This document shows positions 15,335 to 23,431 of a stretch of DNA of 36,636 nt, piece after piece. The DNA lies in the NCBI GenBank assembly GCA_020427695.1, contig JAGQOG010000091.1:1-36636 (forward strand). Reading direction: 5' to 3'. Within the stretch, counting starts at the first letter, position 1; every line of letters begins with the position of its first letter. The notes under the pieces are model-generated. The model saw nothing but the letters and a program-made list of their open reading frames with translations. It was not told the DNA's origin and searched no databases. The translations under genes and the position numbers were made by a program. The stretch comes from Phycisphaerales bacterium (GTDB lineage: Bacteria; Planctomycetota; Phycisphaerae; Phycisphaerales; SM1A02).

Positions 15335-16567
15335 ATGAACACAACGACCATTCGAATCCTGACCGCCGTGGCCGCTACCGGCATGGCCAACCTGGCGCTG
15401 GCCTCCGACTTCTACACCGCCCCCGCGAACGCCGGGCTCCTCGAGGGCATCAGCGACAACGGCGTTGGTGCGGGCTCGTTCGGGACCACCGAGTACTTCA
15501 TCTGGACCGTCGATGGCGGCATGCAACTGATCGGCGGCACGATTCCCGGCAACAGCGTGGGCGGCCAGGGCAAGATCTCCAACGACGGCCTCTTCGTCTC
15601 CGGAACCTCTCTGAACCCCGACAGCGGTGTGAACGAGATGAGCCGCTATGACGTCACCGCCGGCGAGTGGATGCTCCTCGGCGGCATCGGCGATTCGTGC
15701 GACTCGGAAACGAGTTCGGGCTGGGCCATCTCGGGCGACGGGAATTCCGTGGTGGGGCTCGGCTGGCTCGGGTGCGCCGATGCGCATGCCAGCCAGTGGA
15801 CCGACGGCAGCGGCATGGCCGACCTCGGCTCGACCGTGGTCGATCAGAGCAGCCGGGCGAACGCCGCGAACTTCGACGGCAGCGTGGTGGCGGGTTGGCA
15901 AGACGGTGCCGGTCGCCAAGGCGCGGTGTGGGTTGACGGCGTCCAGGAGCTCATCTTCAAGCCGGCGGGAGGATCCGCCGGCGAGGCGTACGACGTGTCC
16001 GGCGACGGCAAGTGGGTCACCGGCCTCGACATCGCCGGGTTCTTCGGCGTTGGCAGCGCGTACCGATACAACACCGAGACCGACATGAACGAGTCGCTGC
16101 CGAATCTCGCCGTCGGCGGCCAGTCGCGCATGGCGGGCACCGGGATCACCGACGACGGCAAGACCATCGTCGGCGGCACGTGGGGACTTGGCCCCGCCAC
16201 CTTTGGGACCGCGATCATCTGGCGCGAGGGCATCGGCACCATGAAGATCAGCGAGTACCTCGACGAGCTCGGCGTGGCCTATCCCGATGGCTACAACTTC
16301 GCGTTCGCCTCCGCGATCTCCTCGGACGGAAGCTGGATCGCCGGCTGGGGCAGCCCGTCGGGGCCGGCGAACCAGAGTTGGATCGTGCACCTCGATACCG
16401 CGGTCCCGTGCACGGGCGACCTGAACGACGACGGTGTCGTCGATGGCGCCGATCTCGGCACGCTCCTGGCGGCTTGGGGAACCCCCGATGCCGACCTCAA
16501 CGGCGACGGCACGACCGACGGCGCCGATCTCGGCATCCTGCTGGCGGCCTGGGGTCCGTGCCGCTGA
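15335..16567 (+). CDS. Secreted HAF-like extracellular repeat protein with a C-terminal double dockerin-like module
   Basis: Start at ATG 15335, with GGAG 10 nt upstream. Signal peptide MNTTTIRILTAVAATGMANLALA. Repeated (I/V)SxDGxxVxG segments (ISNDGLFVSG, ISGDGNSVVG, FDGSVVAG, VSGDGKWVTG, ITDDGKTIVGG, ISSDGSWIAGW) resemble TIGR02913 HAF repeats. The C-terminus is CTGDLNDDGVVDGADLGTLLAAWGTPDADLNGDGTTDGADLGILLAAWGPCR (16409-16564). Confidence 0.7.
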   Translation: MNTTTIRILTAVAATGMANLALASDFYTAPANAGLLEGISDNGVGAGSFGTTEYFIWTVDGGMQLIGGTIPGNSVGGQGKISNDGLFVSGTSLNPDSGVNEMSRYDVTAGEWMLLGGIGDSCDSETSSGWAISGDGNSVVGLGWLGCADAHASQWTDGSGMADLGSTVVDQSSRANAANFDGSVVAGWQDGAGRQGAVWVDGVQELIFKPAGGSAGEAYDVSGDGKWVTGLDIAGFFGVGSAYRYNTETDMNESLPNLAVGGQSRMAGTGITDDGKTIVGGTWGLGPATFGTAIIWREGIGTMKISEYLDELGVAYPDGYNFAFASAISSDGSWIAGWGSPSGPANQSWIVHLDTAVPCTGDLNDDGVVDGADLGTLLAAWGTPDADLNGDGTTDGADLGILLAAWGPCR

Positions 16568-16600
16568 TCGATCGTTCAGACGAGATCACTCCCACCCAAC

Positions 16601-16633
16601 GAAACCGGCCGCGGCACTGCCGCGGCCGGTTTC
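16601..16633. terminator. Bidirectional intrinsic-terminator-like hairpin between the convergent HAF-repeat gene and plsC
   Basis: Perfect 14-bp stem GAAACCGGCCGCGG / CCGCGGCCGGTTTC with loop CACTG. The stem ends with TTTC followed by ATTGATT on the plus strand, and a symmetrical A-run lies on the other side. Confidence 0.7.
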
Positions 16634-16814
16634 ATTGATTCCGGGACGAGACGTCCGGCGAGGAGCGTCCTTTGGAGCGCGGTGAAGACCGGGCCTCCGC
16701 GTTCCCGACCAGGCGACGGCGCTGCTTGAGGCGGGGAAGCGGCGGGCGTCGCTCGAGCTCGTTCTTGCGAGCCCCGTTGTCCGGCCTCCGAGCGCGGGGC
16801 ACATGCGGCGCTCG

Positions 16815-17570
16815 TCAGCTCGCCGCTGCGGCGCCGTGCTCGGTCTCCCAATAGGCTCGATCCGCCACGCCCGGGCGCGGCCATCGCCCCTTCGTGCGCT
16901 GTCGCAATCTCGCCCGCGCTTCCAGACGCAACTTCTCGATCTCTCTCCGCAGGCGCTCGAGCGCCGCGTCCGGACCGTCGCGCAACAGCTCCTCGTGGGA
17001 GATCGGCGATCCGATTCGGACCACGATCGGAACGCCGAAGGCGGGAAAGTGGCGGGAGCGCGGCCAGGCGTCGAACGTCCCGTCCACGGCCATGGGGAGT
17101 ACCGGCACGCTCGACCGCTTGAGCAGCACCGCCACCCCGCGCTTGAACGGCGCCGACGCGCCGTCGTCGGAGCGGGAACCCTCCGGGTAGATCAGCACGC
17201 ATCGGCCGGCGGCGAGCTCGGCGAGAGCGGCACGCATGGAGGCCGCATCTCCTCCCTGGTCCTTCACGGGGATCACTCCCACCGAGCGAAGCACCCAGCC
17301 GAATGGCTTGAACTTGAACAGGGACTCCCGGGCGATCGGACTGATCTGGCGATCGCGCACCGCCGAGCCGTTGAGCATCGGGTCGAGGAACGACAGGTGG
17401 TTGGAGACGAAGAGGCAGGGTCCCTCGCGCGGAACCCGCTCGATGCCGTCGAACCACGCCCGATGGGCGATCTTCAGGTAGATCCGGACCAGCGTTTCGC
17501 AGAAGTCCCACCACAGGATCGCCAGCGCCGAGCGCCCCGGCACGCGGCGCCGAAACTGGAGGCGCCTCAC
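16815..17570 (-). CDS. plsC: 1-acyl-sn-glycerol-3-phosphate acyltransferase
   Basis: 251 aa. Acyltransferase motifs NHLSFLDP (HX4D), GVIPVKD and IYPEGSRS. The GTG start overlaps the cmk stop (GTGA). Confidence 0.85.
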   Translation of the reverse strand: MRRLQFRRRVPGRSALAILWWDFCETLVRIYLKIAHRAWFDGIERVPREGPCLFVSNHLSFLDPMLNGSAVRDRQISPIARESLFKFKPFGWVLRSVGVIPVKDQGGDAASMRAALAELAAGRCVLIYPEGSRSDDGASAPFKRGVAVLLKRSSVPVLPMAVDGTFDAWPRSRHFPAFGVPIVVRIGSPISHEELLRDGPDAALERLRREIEKLRLEARARLRQRTKGRWPRPGVADRAYWETEHGAAAAS

Positions 17571-18418
17571 GCGTTCGGCTCCGTTGGGTCGCCGGTGGGG
17601 CCGTCCGCATCGACCTGATCCTGCTCGTCGAAGACCGGTAGTCCCGGCACCTGCTCGCGCACATGCCGTTCGAGTTCGTCCACGACGTTGTCCACCGTGA
17701 AGCGCGCCGTGTCGACCACGATGGCGCCGGGCGGACAGGTCAACGGCGCCTCGAGTCGGGAGGTGTCGATGCGGTCGCGGCGCTCGATGTCGTCCCGTAC
17801 CGCCTGGGCATCGATCGTCTTGCCCTTCGCGCGGTACTCCTCCGTCCGACGCGAGGCCCGCACGTGCGCCGGCGCATCGAGGTAGAAGCGGACCGGCGCA
17901 TCGGGGAACACCACCGATCCCTGGTCGCGCCCCTCGGTCACCAGGCGCCGATGCTCGTGCGCGATGCGGCGCTGCTGGGCCACGAGAACGCGGCGCACCT
18001 CGGGTTGGCTGGCCACGATCGACACGACATCGGTCACGTCGAGATCACGGATCCGCTCGCTCACGTCGCGCTCGCCGATCAGGAGCCGCGGGCGATCCAT
18101 GCCCCAGGTGAAGTGCATGTCGGACTGCTCCACGGCCCGGGCCAACGCCGGCCCGTCGGTGGGTGGAATCTCCTGCTCGATCGCGATAAGGGCCGCCGCG
18201 CGGTACATGGCACCGGTGTCGAGCAGTTCGAGACCCAAACGCCGCGCCAGTGCCGCGGCGACGGTGGTCTTCCCCGTGCCGGCGGGACCGTCGATCGTCA
18301 CGATCAGTGGTCGTCCCTGCAAAGACGGACAGGCGTCCACATCAACCACCCGTGCCGGCCTCGATCGCATCCGTGAGGACGACGCGGGCCTGATCGATGT
18401 TTGCGACGGGATCGCCAT
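17567..18418 (-). CDS. cmk: Cytidylate kinase
   Basis: P-loop VTIDGPAGTGKTTVAAALARRLGLELLDTGAMYRAAAL, followed by RLVTEGRDQGSVVFPDAPVRFYLDA and AQAVRDDIERRDRIDTSR. The start is uncertain: ATG 18418 overlaps the upstream gene by 77 nt and ATG 18370 by 29 nt. There is an acidic C-terminal tail. Confidence 0.85.
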   Translation of the reverse strand: MAIPSQTSIRPASSSRMRSRPARVVDVDACPSLQGRPLIVTIDGPAGTGKTTVAAALARRLGLELLDTGAMYRAAALIAIEQEIPPTDGPALARAVEQSDMHFTWGMDRPRLLIGERDVSERIRDLDVTDVVSIVASQPEVRRVLVAQQRRIAHEHRRLVTEGRDQGSVVFPDAPVRFYLDAPAHVRASRRTEEYRAKGKTIDAQAVRDDIERRDRIDTSRLEAPLTCPPGAIVVDTARFTVDNVVDELERHVREQVPGLPVFDEQDQVDADGPTGDPTEPNA

Positions 18419-19136
18419 GTCCGGCGTACTCGATGGCCAAGGTGTTGGCGTATCCTACGCTTCGGATCGCCTGCACGCACGCCGCCAGGTCGTAGTCCGG
18501 ATGCCCGCCCTTGGCGTCGAAGTCGTGGATGGTGGCGTGCATCGCCCCCGCGTACGGCGCCAGCCGCCGGAGCGCCGACTCGAGATCCCCGGTCGAGGCC
18601 GCATGCTCGAACGTCGGCAACGAGCCGATCCGGAAGCCGCCGATTCGCTTGATCAGCTCCGTCATCCGTGTCGGATCGGCGGTCAACCCCTCCTGCGGAC
18701 GGATCAGAACGTTGAGCTCCAGGCGCTCGACGCTCGCCATCGACTCCTTGATTCCCGTCGCGGTGAGTTCGAACGACTCTTCCGTGTCGTCAGCGGCGCA
18801 GGAGATCACCATCGAGTTGCACCCCAGCCGATGCGCCGCGGTGGACAAGCGCTGAAAGAGATCGCGGGAACCCTCGACCTTGCCGGGGGGGCCGGCATAC
18901 CGCAACGGCTCGTCGCCGATCAGCAGGAGGCACGGACACGCTTCCTTGTCCGCCGCATCGCGCAGTCGATCGAGATCGGCAAGCGACATGCCGGCCAGCA
19001 TCGACGAGGGCACGTTGAGCCCGCGAAGCAGCAACTCGCGCATCGCGAACCGCGGCACATCGATCAGGTTCATGCCGCCTTGGCCGTTCTCGTGAACGAG
19101 GGAGCGAAGAGAACTGACGGCAAGCGTGAGCAGCAT
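18342..19136 (-). CDS. Xylose isomerase-like TIM-barrel (sugar phosphate isomerase/epimerase family) protein
   Basis: 264 aa. The N-terminal LTLAVSSLRSL strand and the general alternating pattern, ending in ...GYANTLAIEYAGHGDP, resemble the AP-endonuclease-2 / xylose-isomerase-like TIM-barrel family. Assignment by recollection only. Confidence 0.6.
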   Translation of the reverse strand: MLLTLAVSSLRSLVHENGQGGMNLIDVPRFAMRELLLRGLNVPSSMLAGMSLADLDRLRDAADKEACPCLLLIGDEPLRYAGPPGKVEGSRDLFQRLSTAAHRLGCNSMVISCAADDTEESFELTATGIKESMASVERLELNVLIRPQEGLTADPTRMTELIKRIGGFRIGSLPTFEHAASTGDLESALRRLAPYAGAMHATIHDFDAKGGHPDYDLAACVQAIRSVGYANTLAIEYAGHGDPVANIDQARVVLTDAIEAGTGG

Positions 19137-19356
19137 GAGTGGTTGCGTCGATGGACGGCGAATCGAGAGGATCCGAGTTTAGCAGCCTGTCGCGGATTGT
19201 CTGTTCGGCTCGCCATTCGTCGCCGCGCGAACGTCATCCGTTGTCCTCGAGCACCGGATGCATCCACAGTCGACAGTCGACGACCGGTTCGAAGTCTCGC
19301 ACCGCGACGGTGCCTACCGTCGGGCGTTGCGCGGCTGCAACGTCACCTGCGCACAA

Positions 19357-19387
19357 GAAAACGTCGACCACAAGGGCCGACGTTTTC
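19357..19387. other. Strong isolated hairpin in the 536-bp divergent intergenic region
   Basis: Perfect 10-bp stem GAAAACGTCG / CGACGTTTTC with an 11-nt loop. A second hairpin, TCGAGGG-N8-CCCTCGA, is at 19416-19437. Confidence 0.5.
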
Positions 19388-19623
19388 CGGAGGGGAGAAA
19401 GATCCTGAGGAAAGGTCGAGGGCTGATTCACCCTCGATTAACAGAACAGTAATCGGACCTTCGCGCCAAGGCAAGGGGCCACCTCGACATTTTGCCCATT
19501 TTTACATAGGCGGTGGGAACCGCTGCAAGCCCCTGTTTTTGATCGACTTCCGATAAGAACGACCCGCCGGAAGCCCCGAAACCCTCATTGTTGGTCGGGA
19601 ATTCTCCCCCCGGGGACACGGGC

Positions 19624-19629
19624 TATCAT
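19624..19629 (+). promoter_or_regulatory. -10-like hexamer TATCAT, 43 nt upstream of gcvH
   Basis: GGCTATCATC shares the 8-mer CTATCATC with the element upstream of uvrA. Here a leader containing GGGAG would follow. Confidence 0.3.
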
Positions 19630-19672
19630 CTCGGCTTCCCTTCCCCCAACCACCACAACGGGAGCATCCGCC

Positions 19673-20056
19673 TTGGCCAGCCCTGCCGATTACCGATTCT
19701 CCGATTCGCACGAGTGGTTCAAGGTGGACGGCGACGTCGTCACCGTGGGAATCTCGAAGTACGCCGCCGACGAGCTGACCGACATCACGTACGTCGAGAT
19801 GAAGCCGGTCGGGACAAGGGTCCAGCCGGGCGGCTCCCTGGGCGAGGTCGAATCGGTCAAGACCACCAGCGACGTCTATTCCGCCGTGGGCGGCGAAGTG
19901 GTCGAGGTCAATGGCGCCGTCGCCCAGGATCCATCGCTCGTCAACTCCGACTCCTTCGGTGCCGGCTGGCTGGTCAAGCTCCGCTGCGCCGATACCGCTC
20001 CCATCGCCACGCTCATGGACGCGGCAAGCTACGACCAAAGGCATCCGGTTGCCTGA
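19673..20056 (+). CDS. gcvH: Glycine cleavage system protein H (lipoyl carrier)
   Basis: 127 aa. YRFSDSHEWFKVDGDVVTVGISKYAADELTDITYVE and the lipoyl-lysine motif EVESVKTTSDVYS. TTG start with GGGAG 8 nt upstream. Confidence 0.88.
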   Translation: MASPADYRFSDSHEWFKVDGDVVTVGISKYAADELTDITYVEMKPVGTRVQPGGSLGEVESVKTTSDVYSAVGGEVVEVNGAVAQDPSLVNSDSFGAGWLVKLRCADTAPIATLMDAASYDQRHPVA

Positions 20057-20129
20057 GCCGGCCGCGGAGGGCACGGCGCGTACGGAAGGGAGCGGCGCTT
20101 CTGCGAATGAACGGAAGTCCGACCCCACC

Positions 20130-20864
20130 GTGCGGGTCGTTGGTGTGCGCAAGAGCTACCGGATCGGCGCCCGGGTGGTCGAGGCGCTGCGCGGCGCCGA
20201 ACTCACCATCGAGCAACCGGGGTTCTACGCCATCATGGGCCCGTCGGGGAGCGGAAAGAGCACCCTGCTGCACCTGCTCGCCGGTCTCGATCGGCCGGAC
20301 GCCGGAACGGTCGAGGTGTCGGGCCAGCGCGTCGATCGCATGAGCGAGCGCGAGCTCACGCTCTTCCGCCGTCGCACGGTGGGCGTCGTGTTTCAACAGC
20401 ACAATCTCATTCCCACGCTGAGTGCCCTCGACAACGTGATGCTGCCCGGACTCCTCGACCGGCGCGACCGGCGGGAGCTCGAACGGCGAGCGAGCGGATT
20501 GCTCGCCGATCTCGGCCTCCACGATCGCGGGCACCACCGGCCCGATGCGCTTTCGGGCGGCGAACAGCAGCGCGTCGGCATCGCACGGGCGCTGCTCTTC
20601 TCGCCGGGCGTGCTCCTCGCCGACGAGCCGACGGGCAACCTCGACTCCGCCAACAGCGATCACATGTGGCGCCTGCTGCACGAGCTGGCCGAGCGGCAGC
20701 GCATGACGGTCGTGATGGTGACCCACGAGCCCGCCGCCGCCACGCACTGCCGGCGGGTGTTCGTCATTCGCGACGGCGTCGTCGCGGGATCGTTCGAATC
20801 GGAAGGCATCGATGCTGTCGAGCTGGCCCATCGCACGCACGAGTGTTGCGGGACGGCGCGGTAG
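20130..20864 (+). CDS. ABC transporter ATP-binding protein (MacB/LolD-type)
   Basis: Walker [11 protein letters not shown]-loop FQQHNL, signature LSGGEQQRV, Walker [12 protein letters not shown] and H-loop VTHE. The start is set at GTG 20130, the first possible in-frame start after the gcvH stop. The 3' end overlaps the permease gene by 53 nt. Confidence 0.88.
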   Translation: MRVVGVRKSYRIGARVVEALRGAELTIEQPGFYAIMGPSGSGKSTLLHLLAGLDRPDAGTVEVSGQRVDRMSERELTLFRRRTVGVVFQQHNLIPTLSALDNVMLPGLLDRRDRRELERRASGLLADLGLHDRGHHRPDALSGGEQQRVGIARALLFSPGVLLADEPTGNLDSANSDHMWRLLHELAERQRMTVVMVTHEPAAATHCRRVFVIRDGVVAGSFESEGIDAVELAHRTHECCGTAR

Positions 20865-23391
20865 GACCGCGCTGCTCATCGCCGCGGTGGGCCTGGCCTC
20901 GAGCCTGGTCACCGCGGTGTCCTGCGCCATCGGCTCGCTTCAGCAGACGGTCGCCGATCGGATCGAACGCGCCCTGGGCACGACCGACGCCCGGATCATC
21001 CACGAGTTCAACGCCCGCTTCGACGCGGCGATCGTGGGCGACGTTCGGACCTGGCCCGGTGTTCAGCTCGCCGAAGGTCGCCTGTTCGCCTCGATCACGC
21101 TCGTGAAGCCGAACCCGGATGGGAGCGTCACCGACGCTCCGCGCGCGAACGTCAACGTGCGGGGCGTCGAGCTTTCGGGCATGGAGCGGTTCCAGCAGGT
21201 CGAGCTCGCGGAGGGCCGCCTGCCCCGCGACGACCGCGAACTCCTGCTCGACCCGCTCGCGGCATCGACGCTCCACGCCGGGCTCGGCGATCGGCTGCGC
21301 CTGCAGCGGTTCGGACCGCCGCTCGAGTTCGAGGTCGTCGGCATCTACAAGCGGCCGGTGCTCGGCATGCTGCAGCGCCCGGAAGGACAACTGTCGCTCG
21401 CCGCAACGGGCGAGGCGACCGGGCGCACCAACGAGGTCTCCGTCGTCTCGATCATCCTCGACGACGACCTCGACGTGCGGCAATGGTGCGCCGCCAATGC
21501 CGGTCGCCTTGCCCCGCCGCTCCAACTCGAACCCGCGGAGATGGCGGCCACCGGATTCGACCGTCAGGTGCGGGCGTCGCGGCTCGGCTTCGTGCTCGGA
21601 GCGGCGATCGCCTTCCTGAGCTGTTCGTTCATCGTCGCGACGGGCATGACGACCGCCGTCGTCGAGCAGGAGCGGATGATGGCGGTCGTGCGCTGCATCG
21701 GCGGATCGCGCCGCCAGCTCTTCATGGCGCAGGTGCTGGCGGGCACGATCGTGTGCGGAATCGGGGGCGCGATCGGCGTGCCGCTCGGGATGGGGCTCGC
21801 GTGGCTGGTCCTGGTGCAGTTCCCGGAGCAGATCCCGGGCGGACTCACAATCTCGTGGCTTGGTGTCGCGCTCTCGCTCGCGGGCGCGCTGCTGGCGGGC
21901 GTGCTGGGGTCGGCCTTCCCCGCCTGGCGCGCCTGCCGGGTCTCGCCGTTGCGGGCGCTCGCCGCCCGCAGCGCGCCGCCTTCACGCCACGGCTTCGTCC
22001 TCGCGACCTTCGCCGGACTCCTCTGCGTGGGGATTCAGCTCGCGCTCCTCGGCATCCCCGACGTGCAGGCGAGGTTCTGGGTGTACGCGAGCGTCGGCAT
22101 TCCCCTTCAGCACATCGGCTGGTTCCTGCTGGCGGTGCCGGTGCTGCGGATCCTGCTGCCGGGATTGGCCCCGCTCGTCTCGTCGGCGCTTCACCTGCCG
22201 CCGCGCCTCTTGCGGGAGTCGATGGCGGCGACGCCGTTCCGCAACGGTTTCACAGCCGGCGCGTTGATGGTGGGCATGTCCGTCCTCGTCAGCACCTGGT
22301 CGGGGGGCGAGTCGCTGATGCGCGACTGGTTCGACCGCATCCGCTTTGCCGACGGCTTCGCCTTCCGCATGTCCGGCCTCTCGCCCGACGAGCAGGCGAC
22401 GATCGCCGCCCTGCCGTTCGTTCGGGAGACCGCCGCGATCGGCTACCTGCCCCTGCGGGTGGGCGCCGAGCAGCAGCTCGGCGTGCAGGGCATGGCCCCG
22501 CCGAGCGTGGTATGCGTCGGTTTCGAGGCGGAGCCGTTCTTCCGCCTCAACCGCCTGGACTGGCAGCAGGGCACGCCCGAAGAGGCGATTCCCGCCCTTC
22601 GCGCCGGCGAGGGCGTGCTGGTGGCCGAGCAGTTCCTCGCCGCCCGCGGACTGGGCGTGGGCGACACGATCAGCCTCGGCAGCGCCCGCACGGAGCGCCC
22701 GTTCCGCATCGTGGGGGTGGTTGGCGCCGCGGGGCTCGACATCGCCACGCAGTGGTTCGGGATCCGCAGCGCCTACATGGAGCAGGCGGTGAGCTGCGTG
22801 TTCATGGACTTCGACGTGATGCGCCGCCTCTACGGCGCCAAGGAGGCGACGATCGTCCAGATGAACCTCGATCCCGGCACGACGGACGAAGCGGTGATGA
22901 AGGCCGTCGAGGACGCCGTGCCGGGGGTCCGATACGCGAGCGGCCGCGCCATTCGGGCGGCGATCGACGAGATCGGGCGAACGCTCCTGGGGGTGACGAG
23001 CACGGTGGCCTTCGCAGCGCTGGTTCTGGGCTGCTTCGGCGTGGGAAACGTCATCGCGGCGGGCATTCACAGCCGGCGCTTCGAGTTCGGGATCCTGCGG
23101 GCCGTCGGCGCCCCGCCGAGCCTGCTGTTGCGCCTGATCGTCGGCGAGGCGATCCTGATCGGCTTCGCCGCCGTGGCCACCGGCTCGGCGCTGGGCATGA
23201 GCCTGGCGTGGAACGGCACCCGCATGCACCGCGATCTGCTGGGACTGCCATTGCGCCCGATCTTTCCCGTGGCGCCGGCGCTGATCGGCGCCGCGGTGCT
23301 CGTGGCCATGGCGGCGCTGGCGGCGCTTCCCGCGGCGATCGCGCTCGCGCGGCGACCCGCCCGCGAACTGCTCGCCGCGGGTCGGGGATGA
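20812..23391 (+). CDS. ABC transporter permease with duplicated FtsX/MacB-like domains
   Basis: 859 aa. N-terminal [25 protein letters not shown] is typical of FtsX-family permeases. Two halves each end in an FtsX-like 3-TM block (RCIGGSRRQLFMAQVLAG... and ILRAVGAPPSLLLRLIVGEA...) and are separated by large extracytoplasmic loops. ATG has GGAAGG 6 nt upstream. Confidence 0.85.
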   Translation: MLSSWPIARTSVAGRRGRTALLIAAVGLASSLVTAVSCAIGSLQQTVADRIERALGTTDARIIHEFNARFDAAIVGDVRTWPGVQLAEGRLFASITLVKPNPDGSVTDAPRANVNVRGVELSGMERFQQVELAEGRLPRDDRELLLDPLAASTLHAGLGDRLRLQRFGPPLEFEVVGIYKRPVLGMLQRPEGQLSLAATGEATGRTNEVSVVSIILDDDLDVRQWCAANAGRLAPPLQLEPAEMAATGFDRQVRASRLGFVLGAAIAFLSCSFIVATGMTTAVVEQERMMAVVRCIGGSRRQLFMAQVLAGTIVCGIGGAIGVPLGMGLAWLVLVQFPEQIPGGLTISWLGVALSLAGALLAGVLGSAFPAWRACRVSPLRALAARSAPPSRHGFVLATFAGLLCVGIQLALLGIPDVQARFWVYASVGIPLQHIGWFLLAVPVLRILLPGLAPLVSSALHLPPRLLRESMAATPFRNGFTAGALMVGMSVLVSTWSGGESLMRDWFDRIRFADGFAFRMSGLSPDEQATIAALPFVRETAAIGYLPLRVGAEQQLGVQGMAPPSVVCVGFEAEPFFRLNRLDWQQGTPEEAIPALRAGEGVLVAEQFLAARGLGVGDTISLGSARTERPFRIVGVVGAAGLDIATQWFGIRSAYMEQAVSCVFMDFDVMRRLYGAKEATIVQMNLDPGTTDEAVMKAVEDAVPGVRYASGRAIRAAIDEIGRTLLGVTSTVAFAALVLGCFGVGNVIAAGIHSRRFEFGILRAVGAPPSLLLRLIVGEAILIGFAAVATGSALGMSLAWNGTRMHRDLLGLPLRPIFPVAPALIGAAVLVAMAALAALPAAIALARRPARELLAAGRG

Positions 23392-23431
23392 GGCGGGGCC
23401 CGCGCGTGGAGCGGGCAAGAGCCGAAGCGGA

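Noticed and set aside
19137-19672. Glycine riboswitch upstream of gcvH
   Set aside because: I could not find the conserved GGAGAG...CACCGAAGGGGCAA...CUCAGGCAAAAGGAC-type core on either strand. The hairpins present do not resemble the tandem aptamer layout. A covariance-model scan would be decisive.
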